64,000 bases of DNA from Phycisphaerales bacterium (GCA_027451365.1 DAIDJN010000058.1:1-64000), one strand, 5' to 3'. Shown: positions 40,688 through 51,871, counted from the first letter of the stretch. Numbers and translations: made by a program. Notes: generated by a model from the letters alone, not told the origin.

Positions 40688-42046
40688 ATGCGTTCCTCGG
40701 TTAACCGTCGCACCAGAAGTCCCACGTCCGATGGATTGCCAGCCCAGAAATCCGGCGATAATCCCCAATTGGCTTCGGAGGCAAAATTAAATCAAGCCGA
40801 TGGCGCGCTGGCGACGGCGTCAAATGCGGTGCCACTGTGGAAGCTGATGTTGCTGGTCATGGGGCCTGGGCTGGTGGTGATGCTGGCGGACACCGACGCG
40901 GGCAGCGCCATTACCGCCGCACAAAGCGGTGCGCAATTTGCCTATAAACTTCTCCCGTTTCAGATCATTTTAATTCCAATTCTGTATGTCGTCCAAGAAC
41001 TTACCGTCCGCCTTGGGCTGGCCACCCAGCGCGGTCACGGGGAACTGATTAAGGAGCGATTCGGCGCGTTCTGGGCGTGGATTTCCGTGAGCACTCTGGT
41101 GGTATCCTGTCTGGGCGCGTTAATGACGGAGTTCGCCGGAATTTCCGGAGTCGGTCTGCTGTTTGGCGTGCCGCAATGGGCCAGTATTGGTGCCACAATT
41201 TTATTTCTGGTTGTCGTGGTGGCGACAGGCAGCTACCGACAGGTGGAAATTGTGGCGCTTCTGATTGGTATGTTTGAATTTGCGTTTATCGCCGTGGCTA
41301 TTGTGGCCCGCCCGGACCCGCACGCGATGCTTGCCGATTCCATCCGCATGCCGCTGGCCAACAAGGACTTTTTGTTTCTGGTTGCCGGAAATGTGGGCGC
41401 GGTCATCATGCCGTGGATGGTTTTTTATCAGCAGTCCGCGGTGATTGACAAAGGTCTGTGCGTCAGACATATCCGCCCGGCGCGATGGGATACACTGCTG
41501 GGCGCATTTGTCACGCAAATTATCATGGCTTCAATTCTGATTCTTACTGCCGCAACCATCGGCAGGACCAATCCGCAAACGCCGTTGAATTCCGTTCAGG
41601 AAATTGCCAAAGCTCTTACTCCGCTGATCGGTTCCTACTGGGGCCGGGTGGTGTTTGCAATGGGAATGCTGGGTGCGGCGCTTGTCGCGACCATTGTGGT
41701 ATCATTGACCGCGGCTTGGGGGTTGGGCGAAGTTACCGGGTACAAGCGTTCGCTGGCGCACCATCCATTTGAAGCGCCTTGGTTCTATGTTGTGTACACG
41801 CTCAGCCTGCTGTTTGGCGCGGGGATCGTGCTTTCGGGGATTAACCTGGTCAAATTATCAGTCGGTGTGGAGGTGATGAACGCGCTGTTGCTGCCGGTGG
41901 TCCTTGGCTTCTTATTTATGCTTGCAATCAAGGCAATTCCTGAACCATGGCGCCTCAAAGGCCCGTACGCCTGGGTGGTGGGCGGGATTGTGGTGCTTAC
42001 GTCGGTGGTAGGTGTTTATGCCGGGCTGGCCGGGATTTTTTTCTGA
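40688..42046 (+). CDS. NRAMP-family divalent metal transporter (divergent, Mg-transporter-like subgroup)
   Basis: GPGLVVMLADTDAG, QELTVRLG, GAVIMPWMVFYQQS; about 11 TM segments. Confidence 0.88.
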   Translation: MRSSVNRRTRSPTSDGLPAQKSGDNPQLASEAKLNQADGALATASNAVPLWKLMLLVMGPGLVVMLADTDAGSAITAAQSGAQFAYKLLPFQIILIPILYVVQELTVRLGLATQRGHGELIKERFGAFWAWISVSTLVVSCLGALMTEFAGISGVGLLFGVPQWASIGATILFLVVVVATGSYRQVEIVALLIGMFEFAFIAVAIVARPDPHAMLADSIRMPLANKDFLFLVAGNVGAVIMPWMVFYQQSAVIDKGLCVRHIRPARWDTLLGAFVTQIIMASILILTAATIGRTNPQTPLNSVQEIAKALTPLIGSYWGRVVFAMGMLGAALVATIVVSLTAAWGLGEVTGYKRSLAHHPFEAPWFYVVYTLSLLFGAGIVLSGINLVKLSVGVEVMNALLLPVVLGFLFMLAIKAIPEPWRLKGPYAWVVGGIVVLTSVVGVYAGLAGIFF

Positions 42047-42084
42047 CACTTATCTTCCCGGACACAGTGGCCTACAATCTGGCC

Positions 42085-43263
42085 ATGGGTAATCGTAGCT
42101 CCATTGTCATGTCTTTGCGGTGGTCGGAAGCGCTTAAAGCGATTGAACGCGGTGCCTGCCGCGTGGACCGGACAGGGCGCTGGCCCGCCAAAAATATCCG
42201 CATACTGCATGCCGCCGGGGCTTCGGGCTGGTCGATTCCGCGCCGCTTCGGCGGGCGTCCGCTTAATGCCTTGGCTCTGCATCGACGGTATGAACAGCTT
42301 GCCGCGGTCTGTCTGGCATCCGCTCTGATACTGACGCAACGGGATGCGGCCCTGGAATTTCTTGCCTGCGTTACAGGAAACGCCCTGGCCGAAAAGCTTC
42401 AACGACGGGCTGCGGCCAATCGGATTTTCCTCACCATCGGAATAGCTCAACTGACCACTTCCGGTCAGCATGGTTTGCCGCGTGTGACGGCCCGGCGACG
42501 TTCCGGTGGCTGGATTATTTCCGGGGTTATACCGTGGGCCACCGGCGCGCATCATGCGGACTGGATTGTTGCAGGGGCGACTGTCGCTGATGACGATTGC
42601 AAATCGATGGGCATATCGGGCGGACAACTGCTTTTTCTGCTTTCCACCCGGCGGCGCGGTGTTACCGTTTTGCCAACCGATAAACTTTCCACGCTTAACG
42701 CCACGGACACCGCGGCCGTCCGGCTGAAGGGCGTAAGGGTTCTGGATGAAGAAATTCTGGCCGGGCCGGACTCGAATGTGCTTTCCGTTCGCCAGAGGCA
42801 AAAACGTTTCAGTCTGAATACCTGTATACTTCCACTGGGTGTGGCGGGCGGTGCGCTGGCTATGGCAAGTGAACTTGCGGTGGGCCGGTCAGTGGAAAGC
42901 CGACGGGCGGTGGATCAATTGAATCGGAGGTTTGGCGAACTGCGATCCGCGGTTTACGCCGTTGGCATGGGGCGCCATAGTGCGGGGCCTGATTCAACAT
43001 CTCTGGCGGTGGAATCGGATTCGCGTCCGGCATCCGCATCAGATAAGACCGGTCTGCGGGCTGCGGCGAACGTGCTATGCAGTCAGGCGGCGCTGGCCGC
43101 ACTGGAACTGGCGAAGGGCCGGGGCCTGTCGTTGCACCATGCGGCCCAAAGGCGCGCTCGGGAAAGTCATTTCTTTTTTGTGTGGTCCAGCCCGCCCGCG
43201 GTGATTGACCAGACGCTCGCGATGCTGGCTGGAATAACCGGAACCAGTGACCAGCCATCATGA
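42085..43263 (+). CDS. Acyl-CoA dehydrogenase-fold flavoprotein
   Basis: IPRRFGG, ISGVIPWATGA, AVRLKGVRV, AQRRARESHFF. Confidence 0.75.
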   Translation: MGNRSSIVMSLRWSEALKAIERGACRVDRTGRWPAKNIRILHAAGASGWSIPRRFGGRPLNALALHRRYEQLAAVCLASALILTQRDAALEFLACVTGNALAEKLQRRAAANRIFLTIGIAQLTTSGQHGLPRVTARRRSGGWIISGVIPWATGAHHADWIVAGATVADDDCKSMGISGGQLLFLLSTRRRGVTVLPTDKLSTLNATDTAAVRLKGVRVLDEEILAGPDSNVLSVRQRQKRFSLNTCILPLGVAGGALAMASELAVGRSVESRRAVDQLNRRFGELRSAVYAVGMGRHSAGPDSTSLAVESDSRPASASDKTGLRAAANVLCSQAALAALELAKGRGLSLHHAAQRRARESHFFFVWSSPPAVIDQTLAMLAGITGTSDQPS

Positions 43264-43327
43264 CGTGTTCCTGATGTGGTCATGATTTTCACACAGGCGG
43301 TTCCGCCGTCGGCAGGCTAAGAATTCC

Positions 43328-46300
43328 TTATCGGAATGTGCTCATGATCTGGCTGGAAAGGTTGACGGTTCGGGCGGTTTGGCGGAAGCGGCTGTCGGAT
43401 TTACCGGCGGCGATCGCGCTTTGAATCTCCTTGACTCTGGCCACGGCGGCTTCCTGTTTGGGATAGCGCACTTCGCGATACCCGGTAACACTTTCGGGTG
43501 CCTTCAGGATATCCAGCCACAAGTTGTAGAGCCACGGTTCATGGAGTTCACAGGTGTCCACCAGGCGGATATACCAGTCGCGGAAGGCCTTTTCTTTTGT
43601 GTGCCAGGCGGGCAGGAGCGATCGCAGGAAACGGCAATGCCGCAAAATGCGCATCTGCCAGTCGTGCCCTTTAAGGTGGAATCGCACCTTGAAGCCGGCA
43701 ACGTCAAATTCTGGTCTATTCAAATGCAGATATTTAATTTTATCGCCATTAGCCGGATTCACATTGAAGCGGCGACGGTCGCGTTTGTACTTTTCCGGGC
43801 TGGTGTACATCATCGCCACGTAAACTTCATCCTTGATCATCATCACTTTGGCCAGGTTCCATATGACGGCTCGCGTCACGGCGAAGTTGCGTCCCGCGTT
43901 GTCCTGCTGAAAGGTTTTAACAACGCGAGCCGCGTAGGACCGGCCATAGGGCAGCGTGCCCCATTGAATGGCGTCAAACAGGCGGATGACAAAATCACGC
44001 CGGGCGGGTTCGTCAAGGTCGCGCATCGCGGCCAGCGAATCACGGCAGATATGCCGATATTGCCGCGCGTTTCCCGCGCCCCAAATGGAACTGACCTTAA
44101 GAATGTTGGCCTTGCGTTCCATGGCCTGATCGACCGTTTCTATTTCATGCGCGGCGGCAACACCGAAAAGGTCGGGCCGAAGCACAATTTTTCGTCCAAT
44201 GTTAAATGCGCGGTAATTGCGTTCAAATTCGCGGCGCACCGCGTGCCGGATGGCCCAGGTGATGCTTTTGTATGAGACCGGAATGAATCCAAGCTGATAG
44301 GCGACTCCCAGCATCATGATGTTGGCATAAAGTTTGGAATCCAGCAGGCGCTCGCACAAATCACCCACGTTGAAACTGAAGAACTGTCCGGGCATGCACT
44401 GCCCGCGTATGGCCTCAGCCAGTGCCTCGGGCGAAAAATCTTCGCGACCCAGCAGAGTCAGAATGGTTGGCGTTTTGCCGATGTTGATCACCGCACGGGT
44501 GTGCTTCGGCGAAGCGACGCGTAAATTATCATTTGGTGATATCGCCCGTGCGGCCTCCAGAGCATCAATTCCAATCAGCAGGTCCGCTTTGCCGAACGGT
44601 GTAATGGCCGATCCCTGCACCGGAGTGCGCGAAAACAGCAGTTGACTGAATACGCCACCGTTGCGGATGGCCAGTCCCTTCTTATCCACAAAGGCAATCT
44701 GATACCCTTCCTTGTGGCCGGCTCGTACCAGAATTTCTCCGGCTACACCGATTCCCATGCCGCCAACGCCCGCCATGTAGCAACGCCACTGATCGCTCAT
44801 TTTCAGCGGCGGCGGTTCGGGCATGCCGGTCAGGTCCACTACTTCATCGGGCATCCGGGGCGGGCGGCTGCGCGTCACGATGACTTGCTCAAAGCTCGGG
44901 CAGGCATGAATACGAGAGCAGGCTCCGTCATTGACGCACGTGGTAAAGTCGGTCTGAATTTTGGGACCGTAATCCGTCTGGGCCACTTTCAGCGCCGGGC
45001 AGCCGGTCTGGTTGGTGCATTCCAGACAGTATTCGCACACTTCCTCGGTGACGTTCATGAAGGTTTTCTGGCGTAAAAATCCCTGTTCCTTCTTTTCTGT
45101 CACTTCGGCGCGGTGCCGTCGCCGATGGAATGTAATACCACATTCCTTGTCTGCAACCACTACTTTTACGCCATCCTGCAGAAGGATGCGTTCGAGCATA
45201 TCGCGGTAGGTGTCCCGATCGGCCGGATTCATTCGGAACACACGCGGCTGCGGCTCGTTGCGGCCTTCTTTGCCGCGGAAGCGCAGCGGCCCGGCGGCGT
45301 CAGGAATCATAGAGCGTACAATCCGTTCTATGTCGTGTGAAAGAGCCTGATGTCCCAGGATGTCCTTTTCCTGTGTTGGGTTGGTCTGATGGCCGGTCAT
45401 GGCCGTGGTACCATTTTGCAGGATAATGTAGGTAATATCCTGTCCCTGATTAATGGAATTGGCGATGGCCAGTTGACCTGAATGGAAAAAGGTGCCATCT
45501 CCCATGAATACGATCTGTTTGTTGGTAATAAATGGGTCCACACCGCCGCCAGTGGCACCGCCGAGCCCCATGCCGCTGTAATTGTGCATTAGCGGTTTGT
45601 TGGGTTCAAACATCATCATCGTGTAGCAGCCGGTGTCACCATGGGCCACAAGGTCAATAGGTCCTTTGCCGTAACGCTGCTGCATATAGTGCGGATCCAT
45701 CATGTCCTTGCGGATTTCGAGCAGAGCGCTGGAAGAATCACGATGCGGACAACCTGGGCAATAGGCCGGCGTGCGCACCGCGACATCCCCCGGCGCGTTG
45801 TTGGCCATGGCGATGGTAGAAAGCTCTTCAGAAAGTCGTCCGTTGGACAATTCATGGGGAATATTGGGTGTATCGCGTAAAAAGCGTGTCAGAATTTCAA
45901 TAAGCATGGAAGGATGCAGGCCGCGGGTGGATGGAATGCCGGGCCGGTCGCCGGGGAATGTTTTGCCCCATACCTGCACATTTGCATTGGGAAGGTCCGG
46001 ATGCAATTGCCGCTGCAGGGCAATATGTTCCGAAACCTGCTTTTCAATAAAGCTGCGACGTTCTTCCACGACCACAATTCGTTCGCACATGCCGGCAAGC
46101 TCATCGACAAGTTTCGTATCAATGGGATAGCTTATCGCAAGCTTGAGAATTGGAAACGTGGCCGAGAGCCCCATTTCGTGCAACGCGTGAACCAGGAATG
46201 TATGCGACATGCCGGATGATATAAAGCCGACCGGACATTTTTCACTGCGTCCGCCGCGCCAGGTGCGTTCGGTCGGGTTAATGATTCTGGAAAGCCCCAA

Positions 46301-47038
46301 CTGCCGGCTGCGTTCAAGGAGGGCGGTGAACCTGTCGGCAAAGGTTAATTCCTGTCGCCAGCTTCGCGGGGGAAGCAGAACGGTGTTCTCCACCGGAATT
46401 TTGCCGGTTTCAATAGCAATGCGATCGCGCGTGGAAATAACCGGCCAGTGGTTTTCCCGACAGGTTACCGTACCGCCACCGTCGGCCAGCGCTACGGTAA
46501 CCATCATTCCCATGTAAAGTTTGGAAGCGGCGGAAAGGTCGAAGGCGTGGGCGACCCAGTCCTTTAATTCCTGCGGATTGGCAGGTTCAATAACCGGAAC
46601 ACGCAGATGTTCAAAAAGAAAGCGCGAGTCTGCGGGGACCTGGGTTGAATCACTCCAGGGGTCGTCCCCGCTGACGACCAAAGCTCCACCCGCCGGATGA
46701 GGCACGCCCGCCAGGTTTCCCAATGCCAGCGCGTCGGATGCAACATGCAGGCCGACGGATTTGAAAACTGCAATTCCCTTTACACCCACCATTTGTGCGC
46801 CATTAAGCATCGCGACGCTGATGGCTTCGTTATTCGCCATTTTGGCGCAAACGCCTTTGCTGTCCAGTAATTCTCCGATATCGCCACAAGTATCAAAAAA
46901 GCCGGCCAATGGCGATCCAGGGTACCCGGTCAGCAGCGCGACGCCACCGGGAGTTTCCAGACAGCCCTTTACCAGCAATTCTGAGCCGCCGAATATTTCG
47001 GTACCGCTTTGGACGACGAACCGAGGGTCTATCTTCAT
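43328..47038 (-). CDS. Fused indolepyruvate:ferredoxin oxidoreductase-like enzyme (alpha, ferredoxin, beta and C-terminal domains)
   Basis: TGYPGSP, NEA, FKSVG, RTPAYCPGCPH, GDGTFFHSG, TAMTG, CEYCLEC..CP, AGVGGMG, GLAIRNGGV, KDEVYVA. Confidence 0.88.
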   Translation of the reverse strand: MKIDPRFVVQSGTEIFGGSELLVKGCLETPGGVALLTGYPGSPLAGFFDTCGDIGELLDSKGVCAKMANNEAISVAMLNGAQMVGVKGIAVFKSVGLHVASDALALGNLAGVPHPAGGALVVSGDDPWSDSTQVPADSRFLFEHLRVPVIEPANPQELKDWVAHAFDLSAASKLYMGMMVTVALADGGGTVTCRENHWPVISTRDRIAIETGKIPVENTVLLPPRSWRQELTFADRFTALLERSRQLGLSRIINPTERTWRGGRSEKCPVGFISSGMSHTFLVHALHEMGLSATFPILKLAISYPIDTKLVDELAGMCERIVVVEERRSFIEKQVSEHIALQRQLHPDLPNANVQVWGKTFPGDRPGIPSTRGLHPSMLIEILTRFLRDTPNIPHELSNGRLSEELSTIAMANNAPGDVAVRTPAYCPGCPHRDSSSALLEIRKDMMDPHYMQQRYGKGPIDLVAHGDTGCYTMMMFEPNKPLMHNYSGMGLGGATGGGVDPFITNKQIVFMGDGTFFHSGQLAIANSINQGQDITYIILQNGTTAMTGHQTNPTQEKDILGHQALSHDIERIVRSMIPDAAGPLRFRGKEGRNEPQPRVFRMNPADRDTYRDMLERILLQDGVKVVVADKECGITFHRRRHRAEVTEKKEQGFLRQKTFMNVTEEVCEYCLECTNQTGCPALKVAQTDYGPKIQTDFTTCVNDGACSRIHACPSFEQVIVTRSRPPRMPDEVVDLTGMPEPPPLKMSDQWRCYMAGVGGMGIGVAGEILVRAGHKEGYQIAFVDKKGLAIRNGGVFSQLLFSRTPVQGSAITPFGKADLLIGIDALEAARAISPNDNLRVASPKHTRAVINIGKTPTILTLLGREDFSPEALAEAIRGQCMPGQFFSFNVGDLCERLLDSKLYANIMMLGVAYQLGFIPVSYKSITWAIRHAVRREFERNYRAFNIGRKIVLRPDLFGVAAAHEIETVDQAMERKANILKVSSIWGAGNARQYRHICRDSLAAMRDLDEPARRDFVIRLFDAIQWGTLPYGRSYAARVVKTFQQDNAGRNFAVTRAVIWNLAKVMMIKDEVYVAMMYTSPEKYKRDRRRFNVNPANGDKIKYLHLNRPEFDVAGFKVRFHLKGHDWQMRILRHCRFLRSLLPAWHTKEKAFRDWYIRLVDTCELHEPWLYNLWLDILKAPESVTGYREVRYPKQEAAVARVKEIQSAIAAGKSDSRFRQTARTVNLSSQIMSTFR

Positions 47039-47453
47039 GCTATTTTTCCGTATGCTGATACCATTTTAGCAGGTCACACTGGCATCTGCTAAGTCTTTCA
47101 TATTTAAAGACTTGCACGCGCCATCAACGCTGCGCTTTTACGCTCGGCGCGACACCGGAGGCCAACCTGGTGAAGCGGGCCGCAGCGCTCACCTGTGCGG
47201 CTAAACACACCTGGCGCTGCGGAAAATGTTGCTGCTGTTGCGCGTGCTTGTTTTCGCCACATGCCGCAGCCGCCGGAGCGTCCTGTAATCGACGATCCGC
47301 GTCGTTCACCACAGTCAGCATTATAACAGCAGCCAGCCTGTAAAACCATGGAATTACAGGACCGATAGACCCGGTGGCGGCTATGCCGGCACGGGGCCGC
47401 TTACCGGACGCGGGCACTGGTTTGTATCCACCGCGCAACCGCCGTTTCGCCAG

Positions 47454-49913
47454 TTATGGCAATTGGACACTGCGGCAGTCAAAAAGGCCGCCGGCGAAAT
47501 TGCCGGCTTCTGCCTGCAATCGAACAGAAATTTTTGTTTTGCCATGCGTCAGGCTGGGCGGAATATCGTAAATAATCGTATGCAGGTGGCCAGGATCAAT
47601 GTTATTAAGCTGCTGTGTGGCGATGACTTTTCCATCCACCAAAATGTGGAAGGTTCTTCCCCCGCTGTCGCTGCCCCACCAGGTGCATGCCAGTGCCATG
47701 GGCGAATCGGGTAGTACCTTCAGGTTAAAGGTAAAGCCGCCGCCGTTGTGGGCGTCAATCCAATGGCCGGCCGGTGCGATTCCCTGGTCCACATTCACTT
47801 CGTTTCGCAACTGATGTTCCGCCAGGGATGCCGCATCTCCGATAACCAGCCGGTCAATAGTGTGCTGGCGCACAAGGCGATCCGCTTTACGTTGTAAACT
47901 CTCCAGACGCTTTTCCCGCATCCACTGGGCGGGAGTTACCGGGTTAAAGTAAACCAGGTAGCGCTCATGGGCCACTTTATAAAACGGGACCAGTTTCAAT
48001 TCGTTTGGTCGGCCAACGCCATGGGTATGCCACACTTGGGGCAATTCCGGATCCGGCTTCACCCATTGATCCACCGGAGTTTCATTGACGAGCAGTTGCG
48101 GAATGACGGTCGGGTCAGGCACATTCGCCCATTCATACTGATTTCCATTGGCATAGGGCACTGGCGGAAGCATCAGATCGTTGCCCAGCGTGGCTGCCAG
48201 CACCGTCGGTCCCGCAAGGATGGCGAAAGTGGAGGGATGATGGGCCATTTTTTCAACTCGCAGTGGCATTTTGAGTTCAATCTGCAACTGGTCGCCGTTG
48301 GACCACGTGCGGTTCAAATCCAGGTAGGTGCCGGGCTTGCCTGCATCAATCGGCTGGCCATTCAGGCGTATGTCCATCGCCGGTGTGGACCAGTAAGGGT
48401 GCCGGAGTTTAATAAGCGCGGCTGTTGGCTTTGCACAGGTAAAGTTAATGCGTACGGTGCCTTCGTCCGGAAAGCGGGTGGTCTGGCGGATTTTTATGCC
48501 GGCGGCTTTCCAGTTGAGTTCGGAAGCCATAAAAAGGTTAATCCATAGTGTCTGGCCACTGTGGTAATACACGCCGCGGGAATATTTGGCATGGTTTTCC
48601 ATACCGGTGCTCATGCAGCACCAGCAAGAATCCCAGGGAGTGTTAAAAGTTTTGAAATGGCCCGGCCGCATGGAAAGGTAATATGTCATCATACCGGTGG
48701 CCGGATCTTGGGAGCCAAGAATATGGTTGACCAGGGCGCGTTCAAAAAAGTCCGCCGCTTCCATGGTGGCGTTCCAACTGAAGTAATGCTCGGTAAGTTT
48801 CAGCATGTTGTAGGTGCAGCAGGTTTCCGCCGATCCGACACTGAGTTGTTGCCACGCATCGCCTAAGGGAAAAAAATATTCGTGGTTGCTGTTTCCGCCA
48901 AACACGTAAGAGCGGTGGCGTACGACATTCTGCCAGAAGAATTCCGAACCAATGCGGTATTTATCTCCGCCGCCCAGTTCGTATTGCCGCGCAATGCCGA
49001 TGACGCGTGGAATATATTGGTTGGAGTGGCATCCGGTGAGTATGTCCATTTTGTGCATCAGCGGGTCGAGTTGGGATTTTTCGTTAAAAGCTTCGGCTAC
49101 AGCCAAATATTTGCGTTTACCGGTTATGCTGTAGACATCCGCGAGCACTTCGTTCATGCCGCCCTGTTCACTGATAAGCATGGTTTGCATTTGGGCTGGG
49201 GTAAGTTTGGCCGGGTACTGAGCGCACCAGTCCGCCATGCCAATCAGTATGTCTCTGGCCTTTTTTCGGCCAACATGAAGCCACACATCGCGCAATCCAG
49301 CCATAATTTTATGAATGGAATACCAAGGCGACCACATTCCATTGAGTGAAAACGAAAAGAGGGCTTTTGGGTCGCCCACATTAATGTTTCCAGACAGAGC
49401 CAGCTTGAAGGCGGCGATGCTGCCCGGCAACCCCGCGCAATAGCCACGGAATTGCGCGTCTTGCCGGCCATTGGCCTTCTGGCATTCGGCCAGCCGGGGC
49501 AGGATATAATCAATCTTTTCCAGCAGACGATCATCGCGGGTGTGGGCATACATCATGGCGCATGCGGAAAGATAGTGGCCGCATATGGTGCCGCCCTGCC
49601 CGCCGCTATCCCATCCGCCAAGTGTAGGAGCTTTCGGCGGAATGCCTGCAACTTTCTGGAACGATGCCAGAAGTCTGTTGCAGTCATAAGCCAGCAGATA
49701 ATCCAAATCCCGAGTCATGTTTTCATAAAATGGTCCTGCCAGAATTTTCACATCAGCCAGATCAAAGGAGCGGGCTTTCACGCCGTTGCCGGACACGGCG
49801 TAGCCTGGCTGCTTACCCTGCGGAATCGTTGCCTGGGTGGCGCGTTGTGTAGCAGCTATAACTGTACCGACTGCCGCGCTTGCGATGAGCGATCTTCGAG
49901 ATATATTTGCCAT
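47454..49913 (-). CDS. Tat-exported beta-L-arabinofuranosidase-like glycoside hydrolase (GH127/GH146)
   Basis: SRRSLI Tat motif; GHYLSA, PWYSIHK, EQGGMNE, ETCCTYNMLK, WCCMSTG. Confidence 0.9.
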   Translation of the reverse strand: MANISRRSLIASAAVGTVIAATQRATQATIPQGKQPGYAVSGNGVKARSFDLADVKILAGPFYENMTRDLDYLLAYDCNRLLASFQKVAGIPPKAPTLGGWDSGGQGGTICGHYLSACAMMYAHTRDDRLLEKIDYILPRLAECQKANGRQDAQFRGYCAGLPGSIAAFKLALSGNINVGDPKALFSFSLNGMWSPWYSIHKIMAGLRDVWLHVGRKKARDILIGMADWCAQYPAKLTPAQMQTMLISEQGGMNEVLADVYSITGKRKYLAVAEAFNEKSQLDPLMHKMDILTGCHSNQYIPRVIGIARQYELGGGDKYRIGSEFFWQNVVRHRSYVFGGNSNHEYFFPLGDAWQQLSVGSAETCCTYNMLKLTEHYFSWNATMEAADFFERALVNHILGSQDPATGMMTYYLSMRPGHFKTFNTPWDSCWCCMSTGMENHAKYSRGVYYHSGQTLWINLFMASELNWKAAGIKIRQTTRFPDEGTVRINFTCAKPTAALIKLRHPYWSTPAMDIRLNGQPIDAGKPGTYLDLNRTWSNGDQLQIELKMPLRVEKMAHHPSTFAILAGPTVLAATLGNDLMLPPVPYANGNQYEWANVPDPTVIPQLLVNETPVDQWVKPDPELPQVWHTHGVGRPNELKLVPFYKVAHERYLVYFNPVTPAQWMREKRLESLQRKADRLVRQHTIDRLVIGDAASLAEHQLRNEVNVDQGIAPAGHWIDAHNGGGFTFNLKVLPDSPMALACTWWGSDSGGRTFHILVDGKVIATQQLNNIDPGHLHTIIYDIPPSLTHGKTKISVRLQAEAGNFAGGLFDCRSVQLP

Positions 49914-50072
49914 AGGAAAGTCTCCAACTGCCGCCTTTAATTAAATGAGCATAACAAAATGCCATCCTGAATGCTACGTCTTCTGCCCGCCCTCCGGGTT
50001 CGGCATTGCGCTCAAGTTACAGTCGCAATAGCGCGAAGGCCAGGGTTTGCTGATTGTTGGCGGGAATCTGGA

Positions 50073-51221
50073 TCAATTAACAGTTGAAAATGAGGAAAAG
50101 AAACTGGAGTCCACGATATTAAAGAGAAGAAATGTCAAGAATGGGAGAATAAAAGTAAGCCGCTCAAGTGCAATATTGCTGGCCATGGCCCGCGATGTCA
50201 CTTTCAACGTTTTGAACGCGATTTCCAGATGTTTCTGAACGGTTCGCGAGCTGATTTTTAATTCAGCGGCAATCTGGTCATTGGTTTGGCCCCGTACAAC
50301 ACCCAACAAGGCTTCGGCCTGTCGGGGTGAAAGGCCGAGTGATTCCAGCGGTTTGGCGGATGGCTTGGCGGAGCGGTTCCGCAGCATCAGCAGCCGTTGC
50401 CGGTCGGAAGTAAGCAGCAGCCGAATGTGAAGCCGGTCGGTTTCGCGCTGTATTATCAGAGGCTCTGGGGCCAGCGCGGAATCTGACGCGGCGGGTTTGC
50501 CAGCTCGCAGCCACTCAAGAATTTCCTTGGGCAGCGTGGTGGACCGCTTCTGATGGTCTGGAAAAAAAGCCTTTATCCACTGTTGGGCTTTTTCGGTCAT
50601 TAATTCAATGCGGCAGTTTCCGCGCAAACTTATCACTCCCTCCGGCAGACTTTCCAGCGCCGCCTTGTTGCGACGCAGTCGGCGCGATAATTTTTCAAAT
50701 GTACGGGCGTCTTCAAACGCTCTGGTCAGATAGGGCCTTAAAAGATTAAGAATGTCGCGGTCCCGCTCGGTAAAATCTGAATCCTTGCGATTGAACACAA
50801 GTGCCGCAATAAGCGGACGGCGCGCCGGAAGGGTCATGCTGATTTGATATTCGACGCCCAGCGGGCCGTAGAAATTGTGGTACAGGGCGGTATCGTGAAA
50901 CTGTTCCTGGGTAATAAAATCAGTGATTTTCAAGGCCCGTCCGTCACCAGTCTGTGTGTGATGGCAGATCACCGGATGTTCGTCCATGTATTTTGAAAGC
51001 GCCGCGGCGAGCTTGCGGACGTCATACTTGTCCGGTTCAATAAAACCTCTGGATTCATGGGTCACCGGGTTCACTTCTGTATACGATGTCAGATCGGATT
51101 TGAGCAGTTTTGCCAGACCCGGGATCACCTCGCGGGCCAGATCTGTCCGCGAGCCGGCGCCGCGCATATGTGCCAGAAGGGTCATGATCTCCTGGTAGTC
51201 GGTCGAGGATATATTGTTCAT
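50073..51221 (-). CDS. LuxR-type HTH regulator with N-terminal GAF-like and PAS-like regions
   Basis: DFTERDRDILNLLRP; C-terminal LSPRQAEAL..VVRGQTNDQIAAELKISSRTVQKHL. Confidence 0.88.
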   Translation of the reverse strand: MNNISSTDYQEIMTLLAHMRGAGSRTDLAREVIPGLAKLLKSDLTSYTEVNPVTHESRGFIEPDKYDVRKLAAALSKYMDEHPVICHHTQTGDGRALKITDFITQEQFHDTALYHNFYGPLGVEYQISMTLPARRPLIAALVFNRKDSDFTERDRDILNLLRPYLTRAFEDARTFEKLSRRLRRNKAALESLPEGVISLRGNCRIELMTEKAQQWIKAFFPDHQKRSTTLPKEILEWLRAGKPAASDSALAPEPLIIQRETDRLHIRLLLTSDRQRLLMLRNRSAKPSAKPLESLGLSPRQAEALLGVVRGQTNDQIAAELKISSRTVQKHLEIAFKTLKVTSRAMASNIALERLTFILPFLTFLLFNIVDSSFFSSFSTVN

Positions 51222-51714
51222 CGAAATATGTCCATTTATGTCATTTCAAGTCAGGTGATTCCGTCGCATCCGCCGTGGATGTTTTTCCAGCGGGCATGAT
51301 TCCGTCGCCTGGAAAGCGATGTGTCATGCCGCTGCCGACTGCATATATATGAACCTAAATCAGTGAAACATCAAGTCGCCGGGGCGGGCCATTCCTTTCT
51401 AAAAATGGCATTCATTTTCGCCTGATCCGCGCAAAAGATCGTTCATTTGGGAATTATTGCGAATTAAGCCGGGTGTGATGTTGGTAGCAAAATGGGGCGG
51501 ATTGTCACGGTGCCGGGGTTCGATATGAAAGTATAAGTGGTGAAAAATAAAAGGGTTATAAATAATCAGGCGGGTTTAAGATGCCGCAGCAATCACACGC
51601 ATAAACGCCGGCGATTGGGCTGAATTGACAGGTTAAATAAATCTATTGTGCTATATATTTTGGCCCAAAATCTCCGATAAAAAGGGCTGCCTTTTATAAC
51701 GATACGCTTTTGTC

Positions 51715-51758
51715 TACGTATATAAGCGTATTGCGGCGCGAAAAAGTCTGTTTATGCT
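51715..51758 (+). promoter_or_regulatory. Candidate activator box abutting a sigma70-like promoter of the large surface protein
   Basis: Imperfect palindrome TACGTATATAAGCGTA (51715-51730) immediately followed by TTGCGG-N16-TATGCT. Confidence 0.45.
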
Positions 51759-51871
51759 TACATTCAATCCCGTCTTAAACGGGAGTGAGATTGTGAGCTT
51801 GGTCGCGGATTCGGTTCCATGTATAGATCCTTTTCCCGGCGACTGGTATGATTTTTCAGGGAGTTGCAGCG

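Noticed and set aside
47039..47453. Short ORFs between the IOR and GH127 genes
   Set aside because: No motif, RBS or coding signal I can support.
51765..51850. Hairpins in the adhesin leader as a riboswitch
   Set aside because: TCCCGT-N5-ACGGGA is a simple hairpin; no c-di-GMP or other aptamer consensus is visible.
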